Assembly (NCBI RefSeq): GCF_009914755.1
Contig: NC_060933.1
Reading direction: 5' to 3' (one strand)
DNA from: the human T2T-CHM13v2.0 reference genome, Homo sapiens
Length of the DNA stretch: 64,000 nt
Under the pieces are notes generated by a model, which saw only the letters and a list, made by a program, of their open reading frames with translations, was not told the DNA's origin and made no database searches. The position numbers and the translations under genes are program-made. Positions 38,730-60,211 of this stretch are shown here, piece by piece; position 1 is the first letter of the stretch; each line of letters begins with the position of its first letter.

Positions 38730-38940
38730 TAACACGTTCATGTAGAAGCAAGTAAGGATATTTCAGTATTTCAAGAAGAGGAACTCGAAGCTTATTTTCA
38801 AAGTCTTGCCCAGTGATGTCAAACAGTGGCATCTCTCCATTATTGTCTACTATATATAACTCATCATCATCTCCAATTTCTGCCTTCATGGATTTTTCAA
38901 AGTGATTTATGAGACGTAAGGTTTCTAATTCCCATAAAAC
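38730..38940 (-). CDS. SETX: Senataxin exon 4 (211 nt)
   Basis: ctag|GTTTTATGG (VLWELE...LLHERV); donor |gtgagt. Confidence 0.97.
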
Positions 38941-39426
38941 CTAGAGGAAAATAAAATGGGCAGTGTGCGTTATGTCTTATCATCAACAAAATACACTGAA
39001 TGTGACGACCTAGAAAGCCTTTTCCTAAGTACAAAAATTCTGAAATGTAAAGTATTAGAGCTTGTATTTTAGATTTAAAGAAAACTATTCAAATGTGGCC
39101 ACTTTTATGAAAAGTGAGTACACAGAGTATGAGATATTGGCTAGGCACAGTGGCTCACAGCTGTAATCCCAGCATTTTGGAAGGCTGAGGTAGGAGGACT
39201 GTTTCAGGTCAGGAGTTCGAGACCAGCCTGGGTAGCAAAGCAAGACCCTGTCACTAAAAAAAAAAAAAAATAGAAAAATTAGCTAGGTGTGGTGCATGCC
39301 TACAGTCCTAGCTTCTCTGGAGGCTGAAGCAAAAGGATCACTTGAGCCCAAGAATCTGAAGCTACAGTGAGCTATGATTGTGCCACTGTACTCCAGTCTG
39401 GATGACATAGGGAAACCCTGCCTCTA

Positions 39427-39720
<294 letters not shown>

Positions 39721-39769
39721 TCAAACAAAAAACCAAACAAACGAAAAAAAACAAGAAAACAAAAAATAG

Positions 39770-39910
<141 letters not shown>

Positions 39911-41247
39911 TAGCTGGGATTACAGGCGCCCACCGCCACGCCTGGCTAATTTTTGTATTTTAGTAGAGATGGACTTTCACCATGATGGCCAGGCTGGTCT
40001 CAAACTGCTGACCTCGTAATCCACCTGCCTCAGCATCCCAAAGTGCTGGGATTACAGGTGTAAGCTACAGCGCTCAGCCTTAAACACTTCTCTTGTAGAA
40101 GTTTTCTATAAATATCTCAACATCCCTATCAACTACATTCAAAAAAAAAAAAAAGAGAAGCTGGAGCCTCTCTGTCAAATGCAAAACCGAGGCCCTTCTA
40201 TGTCTTCCCTTCTATGTTCTAGCCATAGCTAACTACCTTAGTGCAGCTTGTGGTATAAAAGACGCTGGATAGCTTCATAATTAGAAAACTTTATAAAGTG
40301 CACGTTTCTCAACACAAGTCCATTACTAATCATCCTCTCCTCTATATACTGTATATATCTCTATGGTCTACGTTCTGTTTTTCATCAATAAATAAACCAA
40401 ATATTCAAAGCCAAATATTTAGAATTATATCTTTCACTTTTGTTATCATGACTGGAAAATATGCTTGCCCTTAAAGGTTTATGCCATTTGCCCATTAAAA
40501 AAAGAAAAAAAGAAGTTATTATTACCAATTAAAAAAAAAAAACCCTGGCCAGGCGCAGTGGCTCACAGCTGTAATCCCAGCACTTTGGGAGGCCGAGGTG
40601 GGCAGATCACCTGACGTCAGGAGTTTTGAGACCAGCTGGGCCAACATGGTAAAACCCCATCTCTACTAAAAATAAAAAATTAGCCGGGTGTGGTGGCACG
40701 TGCCTTTAGTCCCAGCTACTTGGGAGGCTGAGGCAGGAGAATCGCTTGAACCCACCTGGGAGGCAGAGGTTGAAGTGAGCCGAGATCACGCCACTGCACT
40801 CCAGCCTGGACAAGAGAGTGAGACTCTGTCTCAAAAAAAAAACAAAAAAAAAAAAAAAAACAACCCACTAACAAAAACCCAGGCCATTCAGATACTCAGA
40901 TACATGCATGTATTATAGCACTGACCAAAAAATTATGAAACAAATCCCCTCCCAATGACTTTATTTCATTAAATTATTTTATACCAATGTGACTAAAAGC
41001 AACAGATCATAAAATTCTGATCCAGGTTTCAATTCCATCCGTGATAAACATTTACTCAGCACCTAGTATATACCAGGCAATGAGTTAGGTACTTGACTTA
41101 TATTAGCCTTCAAAGTCGGCCAGGCATGGTGGCTCATGCCTGTAATTCCAACACTGGGGGGCCAAACCGGGAGGATCACTTGAGCTCAGGAGTTCAGGAC
41201 CAGCCTGGGCAAAAATAATAAGACCTCATCTCTACAAAAAAATTTTA

Positions 41248-41421
<174 letters not shown>

Positions 41422-41724
41422 CTATGAAAACCCATGTGGCCCATGGAAAATCATGAGACAGCACTTCCACTTTCAGGAATTTGTCCTAAGAATATACTCG
41501 AATGTGTAAAATGATATATGTATAATCACTCCACTGCACTCCAGCCTGAGTGACAGAGTGAGACTCCATCTCTAACAACAACAAAAACAAAACAAAAACA
41601 AAAAAAAAAACCCACAAAGTTGAAATCGTATCATCATTTCTCTGAATACTTCCAACGGAGTTCAAACTTACTCTCTTCCCAGCTATCAAGCTCTGAAAAA
41701 TATTGCCCATCTAATATATTTTAC

Positions 41725-41901
41725 CTCATGCAAGAATGGCAATTCATCTCTTGCTTTGTGGTACTCAGCCACACACTCCAAGCAGTAGCAGAGGTCTTCG
41801 TCGGCTGTTTGAAATTCACCGGACGGAGTGTTGGAAGCATAGCGCTTTAGGAAGTCAATGGTGGAAGCACCACCTGGCGTACACCAACAACATGTGCTCA
41901 T
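41725..41901 (-). CDS. SETX: Senataxin exon 3, coding part (aa 1-59); exon acceptor at 41908
   Basis: tag|GTACAGA-ATG; MSTCCWC...ELPFLHE; donor GAG|gtaaaa. Confidence 0.97.
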
Positions 41902-42539
41902 TCTGTACCTACAGCCAGAAAAGATGACATCAAGAAGAAAACCAACTTCAGACCTACTGTGTGTCAAGAATAGGTACACTTTCAACTTGTGACCCTGGTT
42001 TCAATTTAAAATGTGTCACTAAAACCCAAATCTTCTGCTGGCTGGCTTATCAATCACTGATTCACTAAACTAAAAAAATCCTTCTATTTTTGACATACGA
42101 AAAATACAGAAAAATAAAAGCATTGTATAAGGAATAAGTATCATAAGGCAACATAAAGTTGTGCTACAGAGAAGGCTCAAAACAACACAGTACCGATAGA
42201 AAATATATAGAGACCCAGACTTACCAATATTTTCAAAGTACAGATTTTGGAATGGGGAAAAAAGTTACCAACTACAAACTTAAGTTCATTTCATAAACTG
42301 AATGGACCTAGCTCAGCATTCTCATCAGGAGTGATGTCACCCTCAAAGAGATCTAAAACTAGTTAGTGGGACGTGAAAAAGCCCTCCTCTTTTTAGATAT
42401 AAAGCTCAGATAAACATACAGTACATAAAGAGAGACACAATATATTGGTGGTAATAAAATTCACAGGAGAGGCAGTTTTTAAAAATGTTTAAAAACTCTC
42501 CACTCAGGGAGAAAGGTTAGAAGGAGGTTAAAAAACCTA

Positions 42540-42914
<375 letters not shown>

Positions 42915-44449
42915 CTAAAATTCAGAATACATAATCTTTACCAACAGGAAATATAAAACATCTCAACAGAAACTAGGCTTGGCTGCTGAGGCTTCTGTGG
43001 CATAAAGCTAGTTCCTAAAATAAAGTGATTTTTTAAAATTCTTTAATTTCTTCTTATACCCACAATTAAATAATTATTTAGAAATGCATAAGCATAATCA
43101 AATACATTGTCATATGAATTGATTTTTTAAAATTTATTAAATATTACTTTTACTTATGCTTTTGAAGAGGTATACTTTCTTCATGGTTCTAAAAAGAATT
43201 TAGGGTAGCTTTCAACATTAAAGTACATACACACAAAAGGACATTTAAAAATGAGATTTCAAAAAACAAAATCAAAACTTCTTTAGAAGAAATTTAATTT
43301 CACTAAGTTCTACATGAGGAGCTTCCTGAAAGCAGAGAAAAAGGATAACATGAGTTACACAGTTCCCATCGACGTGGGGGGGAAAAAGAGTATGCAGTGA
43401 TAGCCGCAGAGTACCGCCCTTTCCTGACACAAACTCTAACTCAATTACATTTTATTAATGCCTTCTAGTACAAGGGCACTGCAGACTAGGAAATGCCAAG
43501 TAACATGGGATAAGGTCTTCAATGTATTTCTGCAGAATTTAAAATTATTTTATTCAAAAGAAGAATTACTTATACCTAAGAGGCCAACATCACACTACTA
43601 GTAAGTTAACAGCTTGCAGAAGCTGTTTTTTTTTCCGGTAACCTAGTTTAATATGGAAAGTGAACTTAGAAGACGTAAGAACAGAAAGTGAAACTTCATG
43701 GAGGTTTCTCAAACATTTGAAGCATGATTTCAGCAGCTAACAGACTGCAGCCAATTTAAGCTTTAAAAAACTTAAGTGAGACTACCATGCAAATAAAATG
43801 TTGCATACTTCTTTTCCCACTTACCTTACTTGAAGCTCCAAATGTTGTGTACTTTAAAATAAGTACTAACAAAGGAGACAACAAAAGAAACCTTCTATTA
43901 AGAAAATTACAGAATTTGCTTTTTATTTCACTTAGAAAACTAGCCTATTTCCACAACCAAAAAAGCAAGACTAAATTTTCTCAAAATATATAGGAGTTAC
44001 TACCAAAATAGGTGAGTGTCATGGCCGCTAGAAGATAACGGAGAATACTGCTGCAGAGCACACCAACAAGAGAACATGTGCTTCCATGGTTCTTCTTCAA
44101 AAGGCTGTGTCTGTGGTTTTGTCTTCAAATTTAAAATCATCATTGGCCTAATGGCTAAGCCCAGGAAACCTCAATAGGGCATATTTTGTCTTTAAGGAGA
44201 AAATTATTGCTTCTAAACTACTGTGAATCCTCTTAAGCTTTTATACAACTCAGTTCTTCTTGAGGTCTATTTTGTTAGTTTCATCAGACTGTAACGGCTT
44301 GCAATCATTAGTGAATGACAAATGGGCGTGTCCAGACAATACTCAAGTTGCAAAACCAAAATTAAAGCAACTCTCTGAGCACCCACCAAAAAGAGAGCTA
44401 ATGTGTCAAAACCAAAAATATAGGATGCTTCACCATAGGTATTACTGTA

Positions 44450-45800
44450 ATTTTCTACAGACTTATCCTTAGGCTATCCATTTCTCAACATTAACTAGCC
44501 AGAAACTTCAAATAACAATCTCTTTCTTCTACACTTCTCAGCTAAACATCTGGAAGTTTAGATTCACTACCTCCCACCTCTTCAGCTCCTTTGCACTCTG
44601 GCTTCTACCCTTACACTCCACTGAATGTGAAGTCCCTAACAATCTTTACATTACCAATCCAATAGGCTCCTGACCTGACTCTGCTAAAGCATATGAAAAT
44701 GCTGCCCATCCTTTCCTTACCGACAACACACCATTTTTTGGACACCACTTCTACCCAATCACCTTCATAATTACCCCTGCCTTTGTTACTCATATAAATG
44801 CTAAAGTTTTCGAAGGCTTGTCCTGAGAATTCTCACCTCTTCATTCAGTACTCTTTCTGGGCGGCCTACTTCAAACCACTGCTTCAACTACTGCCTAGAT
44901 TGAAGCTGCCCAGACTGAGAATGTATTGTAAAACTTAATGCAGGCAGGGCGCAGTGGCTCACACCTGTAATTCCAGCACTCTGGGAGGCCGAGGCGTGCG
45001 GGATCACGAGGTCAAGAGATCAAGACCATCCTGGCCAACATGGTGAAACCCCGTATCTACTAAAAATATAAAAATTAGCTGGGCATGGTGGTATGCACCT
45101 GTAGTCCCAGCTACTGGGGAGGTTGAGTGAAATGATGCACTGTTCCACCTACTCAATAACTGACAGCCTAGCCTAGAACTCCAGATATATTCAATATCCA
45201 ACTGCATACAGTGTATCTCTACTCACATATCTGACAGGCACCTCAAAGTAAACATGACCAGAACCCAACGAAGTCCTTCCCTTAAATCTGTTATTTGTTC
45301 TATATTCCCTTGTTGATGACATTACCATACATTCAATTTTCAAACCAGTAACCTAGGAATTATCCTATACGCTCCTTCTCCCTCAGCCGCAATCTCTGAG
45401 CTCCAGAGCCTACCCCTTAATTACATCTCTACTTTCTTCTCAGTGCAACCGCCACTGCCTTAGTTCAATACATTTTCATCATTTGCCTGGATTACTGAAG
45501 AAGCCTAAATGATCTATTTCTTCTTTGATCGCCATCAATTCCTCCTCCAAAATGCTGCCAGAGGCCAAAGCCCCAAACTGGACTTCGAAAGCACAAATGA
45601 CTCCTCCTCCAATGTTGGGATAAAATTCAAATTGCTGAGCTCAACACACACAAGGCCCGCGATGATCCAGCTTCCACATCATCTCTTTCCTCCACACTTA
45701 CCTCCCTTGACTTGCTCTTCCTAAAACCATTCATGGTGACTGGTATTCCCTGCCTTTATGGAAGCTCTTCCACTGGCCTTGGAAACCCACCCTCCTACCT
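44450..45800. mobile_element. L2 fragments with a truncated Alu (44941-45128)
   Basis: Pyrimidine-rich L2-like motifs (aactccagatatattcaatatccaactg...ggcacctcaaa). Confidence 0.55.
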
Positions 45801-46122
45801 CTGCCCAGTACTTAACTGTGAATACACATCAGACTTACCTCAGGAACTTAAAAAAAAAAGTAGAAAAGATCCTATGGATAAAATTGTTTCCCTTTTAAAG
45901 AACTCCACTAAGATTCGAAGAGAAAGCTGGATTTGAGAACAACCAGTGTGCAAGCTCTTCCTGAGTGTCATCACGTCTGGGGGGGGGGCCTGTCCGACCC
46001 GTCCTCTCTTCCAGTCTATCTCTGATGACCTTCTTCTCTGTCCCTTTAGGACTCTGCACATGTTTCCATCATTGCACTTACCTTGGTGCTCTGAACTCCT
46101 GCTAAAAAAAAAAAATTATTAC

Positions 46123-46229
46123 CTGGACAAATGGCCTACAGAAAAGTGATCGTCTCAGCTGGGCTTAGTTGTGAACAAACACGGATTTGCATTCATATAT
46201 GCCCAGACTCTGGCCCCAAAAGAACATTT
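46123..46229 (-). other. SETX: SETX exon 2 (5' UTR, 107 nt)
   Basis: Acceptor ttttttgttttttaatttcag|AAATG and donor CAG|gtaata; the length matches my recollection of RefSeq c.-114 to c.-8. Confidence 0.85.
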
Positions 46230-46724
46230 CTGAAATTAAAAAACAAAAAACGAAATTGGTAAGTGGCATTTATACTCTATATCCCATCTGAGCCTGGTAT
46301 CGATCCTATTACAGACAGATACTGCTGGCTGATGAGGAAGCCCAGATAGGTTAGACAACTTGGCTGTGGACTTCCAGGAAACAGCAGAACTGCAATTCTG
46401 ACTCCCAGTTCCACAAGGGGCTGTCCCCACTCACGGGGACAGCTAGGCACCGAGCCAAAAATCCCCCAAGTTATTAGCCCGCGCAGGTAACATCAATCCT
46501 AGGATCCTCAGCTGTGTCACTTATCAAATACCACACTCGGCCTTCTCCTTGTGGAGCTCTTTTCCCTCAAGGCAGTCACCCCCGTTTCACTTGGGTCGTG
46601 CAAATTGCTGGGCACATCCTTAGATCCCCAGAAGTTGGGGAGGACGGACAAAGTCCTGTGGCCAGCAGCAAAAGCTCCAGCCCCTCCAAGTGGGAGAAAC
46701 AGACTCTCCTCCAAACGAAGGGAC

Positions 46725-47001
46725 CGGCCGGGCGCGGCGGCTCGGAGGATCCCTGGAGCAGCTGAGCTCAGCCTGGGAAACACAGCCAGGCCCTGTCTCT
46801 GCAACACATTTTGTTTTTAATTAGCCGGGCGTGGTGACGCGCGCCTATGGTCCCAGTTACTCGGGGGGATGAGGCGGAAGGATCGCTGGAGCCCAGGAAG
46901 ACGAGGTTGCTGCGAGCCGTGACTGTTCCACTGCACTTCAGCCTGGGTGACAGAGCGAGACCCCGTCTCAAAAAAAAAAAAAAAGAAAAAAGAAAAAAAA
47001 A
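46725..47001 (+). mobile_element. CpG-rich, internally deleted AluJ-like element in intron 1
   Basis: ggccgggcgcggcggctc head, intact right arm and A tail. Confidence 0.85.
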
Positions 47002-47389
47002 CAAAGGGAGGGACTCCAGGCGAGAGGCAGACGAGCGTGTGGAGGGAACCGACACTTTCCACCCCGAGACCTCCCGCTCAGCCCCAAGGAAACTACGCAG
47101 TATCCACACCAAAAACAGCTCACACGAGACCGCAGTGTAGACAACGGAAGGACAGGGGGTCGCAGCGGCCGGGTCCAGCGCGCAGAAAGGCAACAGGCGG
47201 CCGCCAGCCGTCGAGGGGTGCTCCCGCCCCCGCACCGAGGGAAGCGGCCGAGCCCGCGCCGACTCTTCCCCCATCCGCCCACCGGGACCTAGGCGCCGCG
47301 ATGGTTCCCCGAAGCGGCCCTGCAAGCACAAGCCGCGCCTGCGCTCACGCCCGCCCGACCTACGGCCTCCAGCCCGCCGCTACCCTCAC

Positions 47390-47460
47390 CGCTCTCTGGC
47401 TGGCGTCGGCCTCTAGCCCACCTCCATACCGGGCCCCGCTCTAGGCCACCAGCGGAAGTG
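47390..47460 (-). other. SETX: SETX exon 1 (5' UTR); 5' end approximate
   Basis: Lies in the CpG island beside the ETS and GC boxes; donor GCG|gtgagg at 47390/47389. Confidence 0.7.
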
Positions 47461-48030
47461 CGGGCCCGCAGCCGCAGCTACCAACCAGCTGTTGCCGCGA
47501 GGTAGGCCCCGCCCCCGCGCTGAGTCGGCCGGCCGCAGGCCCCGCCCCGGCCGCTGCTTTCTGGTTTGGTGCCCCCCAGGGGGCGGGGCATGGGAAGAGC
47601 GGCCGCGGTGCACCGCCCACGCCGGGCGCTGGCGTCACGTCCGGGCAGCTGGGGCCCGACCAATCCCGAGTCCCCGTCAGGGTGGACGGGGAGAGTTTGC
47701 CGCGGAACCTTGACCTCGGCCCCGCCCGGGGCTTCCTGCGGGCGGGGCGGCTCCGGGATGAGCTCTGCTGCGGGTGGGGTCAGCCCTTACCCGCTGGCCA
47801 TTTCCGTTCCCTCTTTTTTCTTCTTTTTTCCACGCCTCAGGTGTCTCAGCGGATGTACTACGGTGACGAAGTAATTTTTCTCTTTAGATTTCCTTTAAAG
47901 ACCTGAAATGTAAATTACGTAAACGTGTAATTTCGGAGGAATATGTGTATATCCTTTATATTACAAGAAAGGGAGACCTTAGGTCTTGCGAACAATGCGC
48001 GCGATGCGCAACACAGCAGAGTAAATCCCG

Positions 48031-50440
<2,410 letters not shown>

Positions 50441-50649
50441 GACTGGGAAGTATGAGGCCTCCAGTATCGTTCTTTTTCAAAATTGTTTTAGCTACTTAAG
50501 GTCCCTTGCTATTCCATGTGAATATTTAGAATTGGCTTGTCCCGTTTCTGCAAATAAATAAGTACAAGCAGTTGGAATTTTTATAGGGATTGAATTGTAT
50601 TTTTAGATACATCTGGGGAATCAATTGACACCTTAACAATATTAAGTAT

Positions 50650-51419
50650 AGCAGGTTCTCTAATAAGATCATTTTGTTCAATGTGGTTTTGTTATAACAT
50701 TGATGAGAAAAAAAAAATCCATTCCTGCTCAAGGCTTTTTTTTGAGACGGAATCTCCCTCTGTAGCCCAGGCTCTGGAGTGCAGTGATGCGATCTTGGCT
50801 CACTGCAAGCTCCGCCTCCCAGGTTTCGGTTCAAGCAATTCTCCTGCCTCAGCCTCCTGAGTAGCTGGGATTATAGGCACGCACCACCACGCCCAGCTAA
50901 TTTTTGTATTTTTAGTAGACACGGAGTTTCAGCATGTTGCCCAGGCTGGTCTTGAACTCCTGACCTCGTGATCCGCCTGCCTCAGCCTCCCAAAGTGCTG
51001 GGATTACAGGTGTGAGCCACCGTGCCTGGCCCCGAGGCCACTTTGTGTGTGGAGTTTGCCCCTTCTCCCCATGTCTGTGTGGGTTTCCTCCAGGTACTCC
51101 GATTTCCTTCCCGATTCCAAAGATGTGCCAGTTAGGTTGATTGGCATGTCTACATTGTCCTAGCCTGAGTGAGCATGGGTGTGTGTGTGAGTGTATACCC
51201 TGCAAAGGGATGGCATCTTGTCCAGAGTTGGCACCCACCTGGCACCAGGAAAGATTCTGGCCATCCGCGATCCTGAACTGGAATGAGTGGGTAGATTATT
51301 ACCTTGTTAATCTTATTAATAAAGATTAGTCTTTTATTAATCTTTCTTGAATGTATAGCCTACATTTATTTCAATGTTTAATATTAGAAGTGTTTTGTGT
51401 GTTTACTTAGAAGTTTGGT
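50650..51419 (+). mobile_element. MER6-family (TcMar-Tigger) element interrupted by an Alu (50736-51031)
   Basis: tagcaggttctctaataa terminus; core tgtgtggagtttgc...ctccccatgtctgtgtgggtttcctccaggtactcc. Confidence 0.8.
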
Positions 51420-51964
51420 CAGAATAACTGGCTTTTATGAGACAAGTCAGAACTTGTGGCTCAGAAGACAAACCCCACACACATTCAAGTGGATGAAAAC
51501 AAGCCCCCTACAAGGGCTCTATCCTCCTCCTCCTCCTAGTTGTTCTTTAGTTTCAGAACCTGTTTGATGTGTTTTTTTAATCCTATATATATTTTACGGT
51601 TGTGACTTATCCATTGTTTGATTTTTGTACAAGAAAATCTTTGCTATAGAAATCAGTATACTATTTTTATCTGGAGAGAAGATATTATGGCAACTTAAAC
51701 TGTGGTCAGATGTTAGAGAAAAATGTATAAATGCCTTCTTGCCATGCTATCAGTCATATTACATTCATTTTATATTGACTGACAATATCAAAAGTTTCTT
51801 TTTTTGTTTGTGTAAACTCTAATTTCTATCAAGGTGTAATGAATATTTAAAGTTGGTTTTTCATTACAAATCTCTCAGTGTTGGTTAACTGATTTTTGCC
51901 AGGACCATTATGCATTAAGCAAACAAATTCCACAGCCATTTGGGGGTAAAAGAGTAGGTTACTG

Positions 51965-54670
<2,706 letters not shown>

Positions 54671-54753
54671 TTGTTGGTGGGCCAGTTTAGGTTCTTGACT
54701 TCACTGTACAAAAGAATTTGAGAGTGAATCTAAAGTGAAAAATAAGCAAAAGA

Positions 54754-57895
<3,142 letters not shown>

Positions 57896-57899
57896 TGAC

Positions 57900-58467
57900 T
57901 GTGGGATGCAAAAGAATGGCCCCCAAAGATATTTATTTCCTAATGCCCAGAATCTGTGAATATGTTACATTTCACCACAAAAGGAAATAAGGGTTGTAGA
58001 TGGAATGAAGGTTGCTAATCAGAGAGATTAAGATAGGGAGACTAGCCTGGGTTATCCAGGTGGGCCCAGTCTACTTCCATGAACCCTTAAAAGTGAAAGA
58101 CAGGCAGAAGAATGGGCCTAAGAGGTGCCACCTGAGAAGGATTCAATGGCCTTGCTGGCTCTGAAGCTGGAAGGAGCCACAAGCCAAGAAATGCAGTGGC
58201 CTCTAGAAGCTGGGAACAGCCTTCAGTTCACAGAGAGCAAGAAAACAGTCCTGCAATCAGAGGGAACTGAATTCTACCAAGCCATGAGCAGAGAACATTC
58301 TCTCCTAGAGCCTTAGAAAAGAATGCAGCCCTGTTGGCATCTTGACTGTAGCTCTGTGAGAGCTATCTAGAACTTCTCAGCTGCACAGCTGTAAGATACT
58401 AAACTTCTGTTGCTTTAAGCCACTGAGTTTGTGATATTTGTTATGGCAGCATAGACATTTAGTAGAG
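57900..58467 (+). mobile_element. MLT1 (MaLR) solo LTR
   Basis: aatggcccccaaagat...tgtgaatatgttac...gccacaagccaagaaatgc...gttatggcagca. Confidence 0.85.
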
Positions 58468-59049
58468 ATTTACTTTAAAATGTTTATTTTCTGTTTTTGT
58501 ATCTAGCAACTTTACCTAATTATTAATTCCCATACATTTTCTAAAGATTCTTTTAGATTTCCTGTATTTTCAATCAAATCATCTGAATTATAGCAGTTTT
58601 ATATCCTCATTTCCAATCCACGTAGCTTTTACTTCCTTTTCTTGCTTGACTCACAGGCTGGATAATGCTGTCAAGAAGTGGTGAGAGTATACATCATTCT
58701 CTTTTTTTTTTTTTTGAGAGATGGAGGGTGGGTCTTGCTGTGTTGCTCAGGCTGGTCTCGAACTCTTGGGCTCAAGAGATCCTCCCACCTCAGAGTATTA
58801 TTCTTTTTCTTAATCTGAATGAGAAATTTTTCACCTATAACAATAACGTTGACTACCAGTTTTTGTAGATACCTTTATCTAATTAAGGAAACTGCCATCT
58901 CTTCCTATTGAATGGATTTAAAAGTTATCAGTGTAATTTATTTTTTGGTTTCTCATAATTTTTCTTCTTTATTAACATGGTGGATTGCACTGATGGGTTT
59001 TCTTTCTTTTCTTTATAAAAAATTTTTGGTGGCTATTTGTTCCTTTTTC

Positions 59050-59440
59050 TTTTTTTTTTTTTATTGTTGAAGGGGAATTCACATAACTTAAAACTAACCA
59101 TTCTGAAGTGAACAGTTCCATGGTAATACACTCACAATGTTGTGCAACCACTTTAAATAGTTCCAAAACATTTCGTTACCCTTAAATGAAACCGCACACC
59201 CATTCAGCAATTGTTCCCCACTTCTCTCAGGCTCTGGCAACTACGAATCCGCTTTCTGTCTGTATAATTATCGATTCCATTTCGTATAAATGGAGTCAGG
59301 CAATATGTAACCTTTTGTGTCTGGCTCCTTTCACTGAGCATGATATTTTCAAGGTTCCTTCACGCTGTAGCATGGATCACTACTTCATTCCTTTTTGTGG
59401 CTGAATAGTATCCTATTGTATACCATTTTTTGTTGATCCG
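59050..59440 (-). mobile_element. L1MB-type 3' end
   Basis: aatgttgtgcaacca ... tgtggctgaatagtat. Confidence 0.7.
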
Positions 59441-59725
59441 TTCCACTGAGTTTTATATGTCTATTATTTTCTTTTTTCAGTTACTATTCTGTTTGTTTTA
59501 TTTAATAACTGGTTGAAGGCCAGCTACGGTGCTTTGCTTACCTTATGGGTTTCCACTTTCACCAACTTTCTTGCCAGCTCATTGATGCATTTAATAACAT
59601 TGAATAAAACCTTTATTCAACCTTTCTGGTGTTCAGAGGGAGGTCGGGGCAGTCTGGATACCTACACTGCTAAACTGCTAAAAACAAATCCCTATGCAAT
59701 TTTTTTAAAACCCAGAATGATTTTA

Positions 59726-60211
<486 letters not shown>

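Noticed and set aside
46514-47906. Overlapping Pro/Arg/Gly-rich ORFs on both strands
   Set aside because: Result of stop-codon scarcity in a GC-rich CpG island plus Alu sequence
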